64,000 bases of DNA from a bacterium (GTDB taxonomy: Bacteria; Patescibacteriota; Patescibacteriia; 2-12-FULL-60-25). Shown piece by piece: positions 50,033 to 59,880 of this stretch. How positions within the stretch are numbered: position 1 is the stretch's first letter; every line of letters starts with the position of its first letter. The position numbers and the translations under genes were made by a program. The DNA is taken from the NCBI GenBank assembly GCA_021844065.1, contig JAKBUE010000006.1, positions 40,477 to 104,476 of the forward strand, in the 5' to 3' direction. Below the pieces are notes generated by a model, which saw only the letters and a program-made list of their open reading frames with translations, did not search any database and had not been told where the DNA came from.

Positions 50033-50620
50033 CTAACGTTTCTTACTCCCCATCATTTCCTTATATTTCTCGCAAGTCGATTTTACATTCTCCAGTTCTT
50101 CCGCAAATTTCTGCTGAAACGACAGATAATATCCGGCGTCCAACTTAGTCCAGACATCTTTCGACTCAAACGGTAAAAGTTTAGCCTCCGCTTCTTTAGT
50201 CTTTTTCCATAGCCTCTCCAAGACTGACTGCACATTCGGATCCGAGAATTCCTCGACTAAAGCACCGACTTCCTGCATATCTTTTTCGCGCTTTTTGACC
50301 ATCTCATCCAATTCTTTTTTCCCCTCTCCGACCATCATCAAGACTTCATATCCTGCGTTGGCCCGCAACAAGACTTCTCGCAGATCTTCCGGCGCCACCG
50401 CATCACGCAAATCCTGCGTGGCCGCCTTTCCTGCCAAACCGACGATGAATTCCGCTGCCCTGACTAAACTCTGTTCACGCTCCTGTTGCCAGCCTGCCAT
50501 GATCTTTGGATCGTTCGCGAACGGCTTATCTTTCAACGAAGCCAGCCTCGCATCAGCAGACGCAAGCATGCGCTGATAATGCTCTTGCGGGCTCAATGTG
50601 GATTGTTCGGGATTAAACAT
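50033..50620 (-). CDS. hypothetical protein
   Basis: 195-aa K/E-rich ORF. Confidence 0.5.
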   Translation of the reverse strand: MFNPEQSTLSPQEHYQRMLASADARLASLKDKPFANDPKIMAGWQQEREQSLVRAAEFIVGLAGKAATQDLRDAVAPEDLREVLLRANAGYEVLMMVGEGKKELDEMVKKREKDMQEVGALVEEFSDPNVQSVLERLWKKTKEAEAKLLPFESKDVWTKLDAGYYLSFQQKFAEELENVKSTCEKYKEMMGSKKR

Positions 50621-50784
50621 ATTGAGAGCATCTTATCCGAAGCGGCAATTCTTGACAAAAGCAGCTTCCCCCCGGCTCCGCAACAGCAGAACAGCGGGTA
50701 GTCATTCCGCTGTTTCAGTTTAGATCCGTAGTCACCGAACCGGTTATTAGGCTGAAGGAAAGGACATCAGTGTCCTGGCTAGGG

Positions 50785-51117
50785 TTAAAGGTGCTGGCGT
50801 AAGGTCAACTTGCACCCATCCAACAGGACAATTGTCTCCCTCACGCAGTCGACGACTGAATACAGAGCACCGTATTCATCCGGCAAGTAATCGGCGAAAT
50901 TATCCGCCGCTTCGGTCGACCACTCACGGGCATATCGCCCCGGGTCGTAACCGACTTGCTCGAACCCCGGGCACTCATTCTTCCCCTTGCTGTCGATCTG
51001 CACGACGAGTCTGTCGCTCAGGACTTCGCACCCCACGATTGCCTTTGCGTGCCCGTCGTCACCAGCAAGATCCACGACTGCACAGTGTTCCGCTAAGAAC
51101 TTCTTTACGTTTTCCAT
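50785..51117 (-). CDS. hypothetical protein
   Basis: 110-aa ORF. Confidence 0.45.
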   Translation of the reverse strand: MENVKKFLAEHCAVVDLAGDDGHAKAIVGCEVLSDRLVVQIDSKGKNECPGFEQVGYDPGRYAREWSTEAADNFADYLPDEYGALYSVVDCVRETIVLLDGCKLTLRQHL

Positions 51118-53106
51118 ACATCCCTCCTCTTCCGTATCCGACCTAAGTCAGATGCAAGAGAGGATGCGGGACGTAGAGTAACGTGCCCGCTCCAGAAGAA
51201 TATGCGATGGACCGAAGTCCTTTCCTTTGCGGATTTACCCCGCATCGGATCTGATGTGCCGACGTTTCCTGAAGCCGTCGGTCACAGGAACCATGGGCTC
51301 TACCTCTGCGCTGTTCGGACGCAGCGGATTTTTCGTTCAGCAGCGCCTCTCCAGGAGGATGCCAGGAACGCCCGTGGAACCTAGTTGAAAGCAGCGAGAC
51401 CTTCGCTACCCCGCTTTAGCCGTCGCACCGGCTAAGCGTCATCTGTCTCCGTAGCTGCTGGCCAGCGCCGGAGGTTCTCCTTAGATGGAAGTTGGTTGCC
51501 GAGACTTCCTTCCATGGCCGGTGTTGCCGCAAGAGCATTGCCTAAGGCTGGCGTCAGATGATCGCCGCAACCCGTAAAGATCGGCTTTCGATCCTTGCGG
51601 CTTGCGGTAATCAGAAACTATTTTTTTCTGCCCTCTTCCGTCTCCGATGTCGCCATCAGCTGCGGGAGAGGATGCGCGAGTTCGGAGTAACCGAGCTCGC
51701 GCTCCAGGAGAGAAACGATGTGCCACCGACTGACCTGCAATTTAGCAGCGCCGGTCAACACTTGGTGCCGCGGACACCTCCCTCAGCCTCAAGTCGAGGT
51801 CCTGTTAGGTTGGAGGTGTGCGCACACCTCCTTCGGGAACCACTCTGGGCCCCACGACGCATGGCTGTCGATTCAGCTTTGCGCCGTACACAATCTGGAG
51901 ACCATTGCCCCAGTGCGTATACGGGGTTTCCGTTACGCATTCGCCTACCCGCGCCGACCCACGGTGTAACCGTTAGGCGGACCAACGGATCGGGGGACTC
52001 CCCGAAGCAGACGACAAATGGTTGTGCACCACCCGGTCCTCGCACAGACTTCCGATGTTCAGAGGTCTATGTGAGGACCGGATTATCGATTATCCAAAGT
52101 GCTTTTCCCCCCTTCCATCCGGGACGTATGACGTTCTGGCCGGGAGAAGGCGTGCGAACCGGAGTTACCCAGCTCGCACGACACGAGAGGATGCACTGAC
52201 GAAGACTTATCTACGCAGACTTAGGTCCTTTCGGCCCTATGCCCTTGCAGACTCCCGCGGTCACCCGCAGGTTCGGTGGCAAACATCGCAAGCAGTGGCC
52301 TGCCGCTCGCTGACGATTCCCTCCTCGGGTTTAATGATTCACCCCACGAAGCTTGGCTGGAGCATCCAGTGCGGCCAGACTCCGCCGGATCCAGCAGGGG
52401 CCAAATGAAGGGCCGCACACCGCCGAATCCGTAACGTTGGAATTTGAGGTTCAACTGAATTTGGTCAGGTCCCTCATCTGACGGCGCCGTTTTGGGTACC
52501 GATTTAACGGTCCCGGATTAGGTTTTGCGGCGCGGTCGGACGAAGGACCTGATTTTTCCAGGTGCCTCATCTTTTTACTTGAAGGTTCAAACCGTTTCTC
52601 ATCCTCGAACAATCGTAATCTATCACAAGTCAAAATATTTGTCAAGAGCTACATTACATAATTATATATTTGATACTAAATTTGCATATTTTATTGAATA
52701 TTTATGTATAATATTTTTCTACGTTAACACGCTATAAGAAAAGATAAATTCTGTCAGTCTAACCATTGACAAAAAAATAAAATTACGCTATATTTTTTTG
52801 CGTAATCTGGCACAAGTCGTTTTTCGACCACCCAGGCTACTCGCCCTTACTTATCCCATCTACACGCCCAGCTATCCCCCATTAGCAAGGAACTTCCTGC
52901 GACGTCCGTCAAAGATCGGACAAAGTGCGACGACCAAAACCTTGTCCAAGGTCGCATGTCCACGCAGGAAGGAGGTCCAAATGGGAAGCGGAAGCTGAGG
53001 CAATACCCCACTTAGCCTTTCAGGCGGTGGGGTTTGTCGTATCTGATGACACAAAAAAGCTCAAAAAAACGCCTTTGCTGAACCATGAATCTTAAAAGCT
53101 TAAACG

Positions 53107-53862
53107 CTAATTTTTCCCGAATTCCGGCAAATCCTCTGCACCTTTCCAAGCCAACCCGAACAAAATGCGGTATGTATCGGCTAAGACCTTATTTTCCGCG
53201 ATGACCCCTGAAACTTTCCCCTTGAAAGAGACCATAGCGACTTTATCGCCGTAGATGATCACATCACCGAAAAATTCACCCAATTCAGCCGGCAATAGCC
53301 TCGCCTCTACGCCTTCTCGAACCCTCGAAACCTTTCCGGCCAAAAGCGCCTGCCCTTTAGCTTTGAATTTCGCGATTATCTTTTGCGCCGATTCAAGTTC
53401 TTGTGCAGAAAAGACATTTTTGACCGCATCTAGATTCGCTATCTCATAGGTCATCTCGGGATGGCTTTCGACCAAATCATGCATTATCGCCTTCAGCCCT
53501 TCGATGCCTTCATAGAATTTTACCGTCGGTCTCTCGCCCTTCCTCATCAGACGCAGGTCTTCGATGACCGCCTCTATCTCCCCCACTTTGCTGGACAGCA
53601 CATTGACCTGCGACCTTCCGAAATCCACCAGTCTTTCCGGCGGTTCCGCGGCGTACAAATTCCTCTTTCCTTTGACTATCGAGGTCATCAGGCCCTTCTG
53701 TACCAGCTGGTCGATGGCGAGATAGGTCGCTGGCCGGGAAAAACCGGATTTTTTCACCAACAACTGGGCTTGAGCTGGTCCGGTCTCCAAAGCCGCCATA
53801 TATACAGCGACTTCGCTTTCGTTAAGACCGATTGATTTTATGAGACTCCGATAATCAGGCAT
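53107..53862 (-). CDS. TrmB-family transcriptional regulator
   Basis: N-terminal wHTH 'ESEVAVYMAALETGPAQAQLLVKKSGFSRPATYLAIDQLVQKGL' plus a C-terminal TrmB-like domain. Confidence 0.7.
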   Translation of the reverse strand: MPDYRSLIKSIGLNESEVAVYMAALETGPAQAQLLVKKSGFSRPATYLAIDQLVQKGLMTSIVKGKRNLYAAEPPERLVDFGRSQVNVLSSKVGEIEAVIEDLRLMRKGERPTVKFYEGIEGLKAIMHDLVESHPEMTYEIANLDAVKNVFSAQELESAQKIIAKFKAKGQALLAGKVSRVREGVEARLLPAELGEFFGDVIIYGDKVAMVSFKGKVSGVIAENKVLADTYRILFGLAWKGAEDLPEFGKN

Positions 53863-53986
53863 GCGTGGATGATACAGTAAACGCAGTGTTTTTTGAATTC
53901 TTTAGTGAAACTATATTCAAAATTTTTTTCGCGGCAAAAGGAGAAGCGCCGTGGTTCTCACGGCGCCCAGTGGAGGCAGAGCAAGG

Positions 53987-54835
53987 TCAGTACACATGCA
54001 GCTTGTTGAGCAAGCTATCTTGGAAAATCGCGAATCCGCCTGCGTAGTGCAAGGAGGCGTAGCCGCCTGCGTTGATCAGCGTCGAATTGCTGTCGTACCC
54101 AGGGTAGGTTGCGATGAAAACATCGTAGCTCGTTCCGATGGCCAGGTCAGTGTCGGTCTTCCCCGTCCATCCCTCCGAAACGGAGATGTGGGAGAAGTAT
54201 CCGTAAGCCCACACCAGCACAAGGCCGTCGTTGCACGACGAGATCTCCAGCGTGTCGCCGATTCCGCCCTGGTGGCCTTGGTAGATGCCCCAGCCCGGAC
54301 ACTCATCGATCATTTGCCAGGCATACGCGTCAGGCCACACGCTGAGCGTGCTGATCTCACCGTAGGTGGAGTTGTTGTTTTGCGTCGTATCCCACGTCAG
54401 CAACTCCTCGCAGCTCGGGCAGTAGAAGGCGGCATCAGGCGCTGCGTCTTCACCGACTTCGTCAGATGCGTCGACCGCTGCATCATCAGGTGCGTCTTCG
54501 TCGGCTTCGACAGACGTGTCCTGGACCACATCAGGAAGGGCATCCTCGCCGACTTCGGCTGCCACATCCGGAGCAACATCGCTGACCGCATCCGATGCGT
54601 CGGCTGACCCATCATCAGTTGCATCAGGTGGCGACATACCGTCAGCTTCAACGGACGTATCCTGGGCCGCATCGGCAGTCGCTTCCTCAGTCGCATCATC
54701 GGACGCATCCGGAGATGCGTTGACGGACACTTCGGTCTTCGCGTCCGAAGAGCACCCCTGCCAAACCGGCGACAAAACGGCAATCGAACCCAGAAGGCAA
54801 AGGAACGTTCTGTTCTGCATGACGACCTCCTTCAC
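53987..54835 (-). CDS. acidic lipoprotein (paralogous family member 3)
   Basis: Signal peptide and lipobox 'VWQGCSS'; Asp/Ala-rich linker; Cys-containing C-terminal domain related to 38107..38964 and 39027..39707. Confidence 0.6.
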   Translation of the reverse strand: MKEVVMQNRTFLCLLGSIAVLSPVWQGCSSDAKTEVSVNASPDASDDATEEATADAAQDTSVEADGMSPPDATDDGSADASDAVSDVAPDVAAEVGEDALPDVVQDTSVEADEDAPDDAAVDASDEVGEDAAPDAAFYCPSCEELLTWDTTQNNNSTYGEISTLSVWPDAYAWQMIDECPGWGIYQGHQGGIGDTLEISSCNDGLVLVWAYGYFSHISVSEGWTGKTDTDLAIGTSYDVFIATYPGYDSNSTLINAGGYASLHYAGGFAIFQDSLLNKLHVY

Positions 54836-54885
54836 AGACTGGCTTCAACGTAGCAGAGGCCTATACTGACGTCAATCCATCTTTC

Positions 54886-54925
54886 CCACAAAACAAAAAA
54901 CGACGTTTAACGTCGCCTTCTGTTT
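54886..54925 (-). terminator. terminator downstream of tRNA-Leu
   Basis: On the minus strand: ggcgacg-ttaa-acgtcgtttttgtttt. Confidence 0.55.
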
Positions 54926-54947
54926 TCTGGTTTCGCGTCTAACGCGA

Positions 54948-55034
54948 TGGTGCGCAGGAGAGGATTTGAACCTCCATGGGGTTGCCCCCGCTAGCCCCTC
55001 AAGCTAGTGCGTATACCAATTCCGCCACCTGCGC
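54948..55034 (-). tRNA. tRNA-Leu (anticodon GAG), type II with a long variable arm
   Basis: GCGCAGG/CCTGCGC acceptor, 3-bp D stem, anticodon stem CUAGC/GCUAG with loop UUGAGGG, variable arm CGGGGGCAACCCC, T-loop GGTTCAAATCC, CCA encoded. Confidence 0.85.
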
Positions 55035-55042
55035 TTGCTTTT

Positions 55043-55867
55043 CTAGATGCCCGTCAGATTAGCATTATGCCTGGCTTTTTGCAATCCCTCGCCTTCGGGG
55101 CTTATACGTCTGTTCCTCCCTGTCACGAAACGCAATTTTTTGGGTTCTACACCTATCTCGAACCTCATTCCGTTGGCTGCATAATAGTCAGCCTTGACCT
55201 CCACCGGCTGGTCGCTGACTATGTTGCCGGAGCTCAAGAATAATCGTGTGACCGGAGCTTCAGCTTTACGGAAAAATCCCGAGCCCGCTTTCTCTTCTAC
55301 CGGTTTCACTATCACCTCCAATAGGCCATCCTTGGCGTCCGCCCATTCGGGTTTAGCTTCAGTCAGACTCCCCAAATTACGGATGAAGATAGAACCGCCT
55401 TTATAGGGCGAGATGCGATATTTTCCCTCGACTTCTATCGCGGCATTAGTATTGGATAACGAGATCTCGGATAAAAAATATCGGTCATCCAACCGACCGA
55501 CATCCAACCACTCGATCAACCTGGCGCTCAAGACGTCACATGCCCCGGCCCCGATAGGAATCCCCAAAAGACTTGCCACATTCGTCGGCGGTCCTACCGG
55601 AATATATGCCAATGTGACCTGCATGTCCGGTAAAAACCACAGGACTTTATCCAATGTCCTATCATTGCCCACTACCACGACTGTAGTGTCACTATCCTGC
55701 ACCAAACTCTGCACGATGTCTCTGGCATTACGGAACAAAGTCAGACGACCGACCCTTCCCGTAAGGTCCAACGACGCCAACCTTGCATCGACCTCCGACA
55801 GCACGTGCTCGAATTTACGATCGCTTAAGAAATCGTCATAGATGAACGCGTAGTTGCCGTGGCGCAT
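55043..55867 (-). CDS. DAGK/YegS-family lipid kinase
   Basis: Diacylglycerol-kinase catalytic-domain-like 'TTVVVVGNDRTL...YIPVGPPTNVASLLG'. Confidence 0.6.
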   Translation of the reverse strand: MRHGNYAFIYDDFLSDRKFEHVLSEVDARLASLDLTGRVGRLTLFRNARDIVQSLVQDSDTTVVVVGNDRTLDKVLWFLPDMQVTLAYIPVGPPTNVASLLGIPIGAGACDVLSARLIEWLDVGRLDDRYFLSEISLSNTNAAIEVEGKYRISPYKGGSIFIRNLGSLTEAKPEWADAKDGLLEVIVKPVEEKAGSGFFRKAEAPVTRLFLSSGNIVSDQPVEVKADYYAANGMRFEIGVEPKKLRFVTGRNRRISPEGEGLQKARHNANLTGI

Positions 55868-55891
55868 ATCTTTGCACCCTGCCGCAGGGCG

Positions 55892-56347
55892 CTAACTTTC
55901 CTTGGCGGCGTTTTTCGCCTCGCTTTGCCGCGGTGCAGGAGCGGACTTGACTTGCCCGACCATGAACTTACCGTTAAGTGCGGCCCCGGCTTCGACGATT
56001 GCCGTCTCACAGGTCACGTCGCCCTGGACCTTAGCGGTCGCTTTGAGCTCCAGCCTTCCGGAGACGTTGATCGTACCTTCCACATCGCCGGCTACGACCG
56101 CATTCGCTGCGCTGACGTCTGCCTTAAGGCGAGCTTCGTTACCGACGGTCAACAGACCGTTAGTGCTGACATGACCGTTGACTTGTCCCTCGATCATGAC
56201 ATCTCCCTGGCTATCGAAATCGCCTTCGACCTTCACCCCCTTGGCGATGACGGTCATCCCGTTTGATACACTGTTTGGCATAAAATTTTTGGTTTCCGGC
56301 ATTTCCTGCCGTTTTGGTGATGAAAACATACGTGCATAAAGTACCAA
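55892..56347 (-). CDS. bactofilin
   Basis: Beta-helical repeats 'VKVEGDFDSQGDVMIEGQVNGHVSTNGLLTVGNEARLKADVSA...'. Confidence 0.7.
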   Translation of the reverse strand: MVLYARMFSSPKRQEMPETKNFMPNSVSNGMTVIAKGVKVEGDFDSQGDVMIEGQVNGHVSTNGLLTVGNEARLKADVSAANAVVAGDVEGTINVSGRLELKATAKVQGDVTCETAIVEAGAALNGKFMVGQVKSAPAPRQSEAKNAAKES

Positions 56348-56387
56348 AAAAGGCTTAAGAACAAAACCAAATTGTCAAAGGTCCGGT

Positions 56388-57968
56388 TCAGACCAAGCCA
56401 CAAGGCAATTTTACCGTAAATACGCTCCCGCCACGCTGTTTGTCGCAGACGACTCCGATCGATCCACCGGCTGCCTCGATAAGTTGTTTTACGATATACA
56501 GACCCAAACCAGTCCCATCGGTCTGATGGCTTCTCCCGACCTTTCCGCGATGGAATTTCTTGAACAGGTCCCGGCACTCATCATCCGTAAGTCCTGGTCC
56601 GCTGTCCGCCACTTTCAACTCCAAACTCCTGCCTGCCAATGTCACGCTCACTTTGATCCCGCCGTTGTCGGTATATTTGACCGCATTATCCAACAGATTG
56701 AACAGCACATTCTCCATGACCTCCCTATCGATATCTAACCGTTGCGGGATCAGATCGCTTATCTCAAGATCCAGCTTCAGATGCTTGGCGACAGCCACGG
56801 TCTCCATCTCTTTAACTATCTTCCCCAATTCGAGCCTGACGTCCGTCGGGACTTGCGATGTCTGATATTTGCCCATCTCGAGGCGCGAAGCGTTCAGGAA
56901 CGTCTCCGACAACGACAACAGGCGCGTCACAGTATCCTGCATCTGACCGACCATGGTCTTGGCTTTATCCGGCAATTCGCCTAAATCGCCATTCACCAGC
57001 ATGGATGAAGCTGCCCTGACGCCGCCCAGCGGTCCTCGGAGCTGATGCGCTACCATGTCGATGAAATCTGATTTCGCTTCCTCGAGAAGTCGGAGCTGCC
57101 GATTAGAGTCTTCCAGGATAAGACGCTTCGTCCTCTCCCCTTTGACGGTCCTGATCGCCACCAAACCGAAAACTCCGACGATCAAGGAACCGAGGATTGC
57201 GACTACGACCTCTTCAAGCTCGTCAGAACGCAAAACGATGACCAAGGCATAAGCCGCCAACAGCAGGAAAAAAGCTTCCAGGCTGCCGAACTTCACATCC
57301 AAGAATCCTGTCCGCACGAAAGCCATCAACGACAGCACCAAAAAAGATGCGGCGATGAAAGGCATCAATAGCCCCGTCGGGATCGGACCGATAATCACCT
57401 GCAGGACTCCGGCGATCATGAATATCGTCAGGATGACGATGCCGTAGACGGCACGGCGCCTGTCCAAAGTCGTCTCGGTCTTGGATATGGCTTGCGGGTA
57501 TAGCTGGAAGGCTACATGCAGCGTCGCCAAGGCATACAAAATAATGACCAGGATCGCCGCTCCTTGCAGACAAGCTTGTTGCGGCAACCAGACGAAATTA
57601 AGTTCCCGCGCCAAAATCGCGGAAAAAAGCAGTATCGTAGCCAGAAACGAGGAAAAATAGAACAAACCGACGTTACGACGGACGCTGCGCGATGAAAGAT
57701 AGGACGAGGCATGCATCACGATGGCCGGACCGAAACATACGGAAAAATAGAAATAGAATTTCCAACCTAGGATTTGCCAATGCGGAAGCGGAGCGTTAAG
57801 GCTGACGAACCAATCAGCCAAAGTCCACATGGCCAAAGAGAACGTCATGAGCGCATAAAGTACGTTTCCTGTGCCCCACTTGTTCCTCCACCATGCGATG
57901 AATCCCAAAATCAAAGCCGCGACACCGGCGCCGACCGTCAAAGAAAGCTCTAGTGGTACTAGCTGCAT
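56388..57968 (-). CDS. membrane sensor histidine kinase
   Basis: Polytopic N-terminus, HisKA 'MVAHQLRGPLGGV', HATPase 'DNGGI...GTGLGLYIVKQL'. Confidence 0.85.
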   Translation of the reverse strand: MQLVPLELSLTVGAGVAALILGFIAWWRNKWGTGNVLYALMTFSLAMWTLADWFVSLNAPLPHWQILGWKFYFYFSVCFGPAIVMHASSYLSSRSVRRNVGLFYFSSFLATILLFSAILARELNFVWLPQQACLQGAAILVIILYALATLHVAFQLYPQAISKTETTLDRRRAVYGIVILTIFMIAGVLQVIIGPIPTGLLMPFIAASFLVLSLMAFVRTGFLDVKFGSLEAFFLLLAAYALVIVLRSDELEEVVVAILGSLIVGVFGLVAIRTVKGERTKRLILEDSNRQLRLLEEAKSDFIDMVAHQLRGPLGGVRAASSMLVNGDLGELPDKAKTMVGQMQDTVTRLLSLSETFLNASRLEMGKYQTSQVPTDVRLELGKIVKEMETVAVAKHLKLDLEISDLIPQRLDIDREVMENVLFNLLDNAVKYTDNGGIKVSVTLAGRSLELKVADSGPGLTDDECRDLFKKFHRGKVGRSHQTDGTGLGLYIVKQLIEAAGGSIGVVCDKQRGGSVFTVKLPCGLV

Positions 57969-58029
57969 GTCTGAAAAACAGGATTATTTTATCCTGTTTT
58001 CATCCATAAAGCCATTTTTTGCTTACCGT

Positions 58030-59880
58030 CTACATCTCCTCCGGCACCGGAATGCCCAACAGATCCAGTCCCAGTATCATCACCGACGCGACGGATGCGG
58101 CCAGACGCAAGCGCGCTTCCTTGACGCCTTCTTCCGCCGTCAGCACCGGCACGTCGCGATAAAAATCATTCACCGCTTGAGCGGTCTCGAAACACCAATG
58201 CGCCACGGCTGTCGGCTTGAGTTCGGCCGCGGCACGTTTGCAGACGATCGGAAACTCAGCCATCTTGAGCGCCAGCTTCTTCTCGCCCAGTTCTTTCAGT
58301 TGCCGCATATCTTCGCTTTGTCCGAATTTTCCCGGTTCCCACCCTGCCTTCTTCAGGATCGAGTTAAGACGCGTCACTGCATACTGGATGTACGGTCCCG
58401 TATCGCCATCGAACGCCAAGGATTTCTCCAGATCGAAGACGATGACTTTGTCGCTGTCCTGTTTCAGCATCCCATACTTCAGGCCTCCCATGGCGATGCA
58501 CCAAGCCACATGCTCGATCTTCCCGTCCGGCCAATCTTCATGTCGCGTCGTGGTCTCCTTGCGTGCGTAAGCCAAAAGCTCGTCACGGAACGACTGGTAA
58601 GTGACGATATTGCCTTCGCGACTCGACATGGCACCGGACTTCAAGGTCAAGAATTCATACCCCACGAACTCCAGCTTCTTTTTCAACCCCATCAGCTCCA
58701 GCGTCCGGGAAAGTTGTTTGAAATAGAGGCTTTGCCGATTATCTATCAGATGCAGACTGCGCTCGAGCTTGGGATATTCCTCGAACTTCAATTGTGCTAA
58801 GGCCAAATCCTTGGTCGAATACAAGGCTGTCCCGTCAGACCGGCGTATGACGAACACGCCTAACTTTTCAGCCTCCAGGTCCACGATGACGGCGCCTTGG
58901 CTCTCTTTGGCTATGCCGGATCGCAACAAGGCATCCACTTGCTGCTGCCCTCGATCGACGACTTCGCTCTCGAAATATTGCCTGTCGATCAGCACCCCCA
59001 GCTCCTGGAAGATCTCTTGCATCTCGATCACTGACCAGCGTCGTGTTTCCTGCCACAGCTTGTTCCACGCCGGATCCCTGGCCTCCAATTTCTGCTGCAC
59101 CAAAGAGACCTGTTTCTTCCATTCCTCGTTCTCATCCAAGAGTTTCGTCGATTCGGCATAGATGTGACCCAGATAATTTCCTGTCCGGTTTTCCTTGGAG
59201 ATGCTGTGCAGCACCTGATCCGCCATTTCGATGGAAAAATTCTCCAGCACATGGTCCGCCCAAGCGTCGTCCGGCATGTCGGGCGGTGGTGTCTGCCCTT
59301 TCTTGAGTTTAGGCTTGGGTTGGGCGACCTTATCCGAATGCTGACGCACCAACAGCCACAGGCATTTCGAGACATGCGCACCAACGTCACCGTGATAGCT
59401 GGCCGAGATGACTTTCCATCCGTCCAACTGCAACAACCTTCCGAGGCTTGAGCCGAGGACCAGATTACGCAGATGGCCAACGTGCATCTCCTTATGCGTG
59501 TTCGGCTGCGCATACTCGAGCATCAGCTGCCGGTCCCTGCCTTCTTCCGTAAAACCGTATTTCTTGGCCATGTGCTCCACATCCTGGATGACGCGCAACG
59601 CCAAATCCGATGTCTTCAATACTATGTTCAGATACGGACCAGCCGCTTCCGCCTTCTCGATCGAATGATCGTTCACTTTGGATATCTTGGCCGCCAAATC
59701 CTTCGCCACCTCCGCCGGGCTGGTTGATTTCGATTTGGCTATCTTGAAACAACCATACGCCAAATCGCCCATCTCGCGCTTAGGAGGCAGGACCAGCTCA
59801 TCGCTCTCCACGGGTATTTCCGCGGCCTCGCCGATCCTTCTCGCGACATGACTCAATATCGCATCCCAAGAATAGTTCAT
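58030..59880 (-). CDS. argS: arginyl-tRNA synthetase
   Basis: 'HVGHLRNLVLGSSLGRLL' HIGH region and 'KMSSREGN'-like loop ('AMSSREGN'); ends with Met as is typical for ArgS. Confidence 0.9.
   Translation of the reverse strand: MNYSWDAILSHVARRIGEAAEIPVESDELVLPPKREMGDLAYGCFKIAKSKSTSPAEVAKDLAAKISKVNDHSIEKAEAAGPYLNIVLKTSDLALRVIQDVEHMAKKYGFTEEGRDRQLMLEYAQPNTHKEMHVGHLRNLVLGSSLGRLLQLDGWKVISASYHGDVGAHVSKCLWLLVRQHSDKVAQPKPKLKKGQTPPPDMPDDAWADHVLENFSIEMADQVLHSISKENRTGNYLGHIYAESTKLLDENEEWKKQVSLVQQKLEARDPAWNKLWQETRRWSVIEMQEIFQELGVLIDRQYFESEVVDRGQQQVDALLRSGIAKESQGAVIVDLEAEKLGVFVIRRSDGTALYSTKDLALAQLKFEEYPKLERSLHLIDNRQSLYFKQLSRTLELMGLKKKLEFVGYEFLTLKSGAMSSREGNIVTYQSFRDELLAYARKETTTRHEDWPDGKIEHVAWCIAMGGLKYGMLKQDSDKVIVFDLEKSLAFDGDTGPYIQYAVTRLNSILKKAGWEPGKFGQSEDMRQLKELGEKKLALKMAEFPIVCKRAAAELKPTAVAHWCFETAQAVNDFYRDVPVLTAEEGVKEARLRLAASVASVMILGLDLLGIPVPEEM

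Noticed and set aside
51558-52199. 213-aa + strand ORF inside the ORF-free segment
   Set aside because: Its translation is Arg/Pro/Ser-rich and overlaps similar ORFs on both strands. It is treated as non-coding.
51118-52640. RNase P, SRP and tmRNA identity for the ORF-free segment
   Set aside because: I checked by eye for CR-I (GGAAAGUCCGG) and CR-V (ACAGAANCCGGCUUA), the SRP GGAA-tetraloop helix 8 and tmRNA ends. Only weak partial matches turned up (CCGGCUAAG, GGUCAGGUCC). A covariance-model search is needed.
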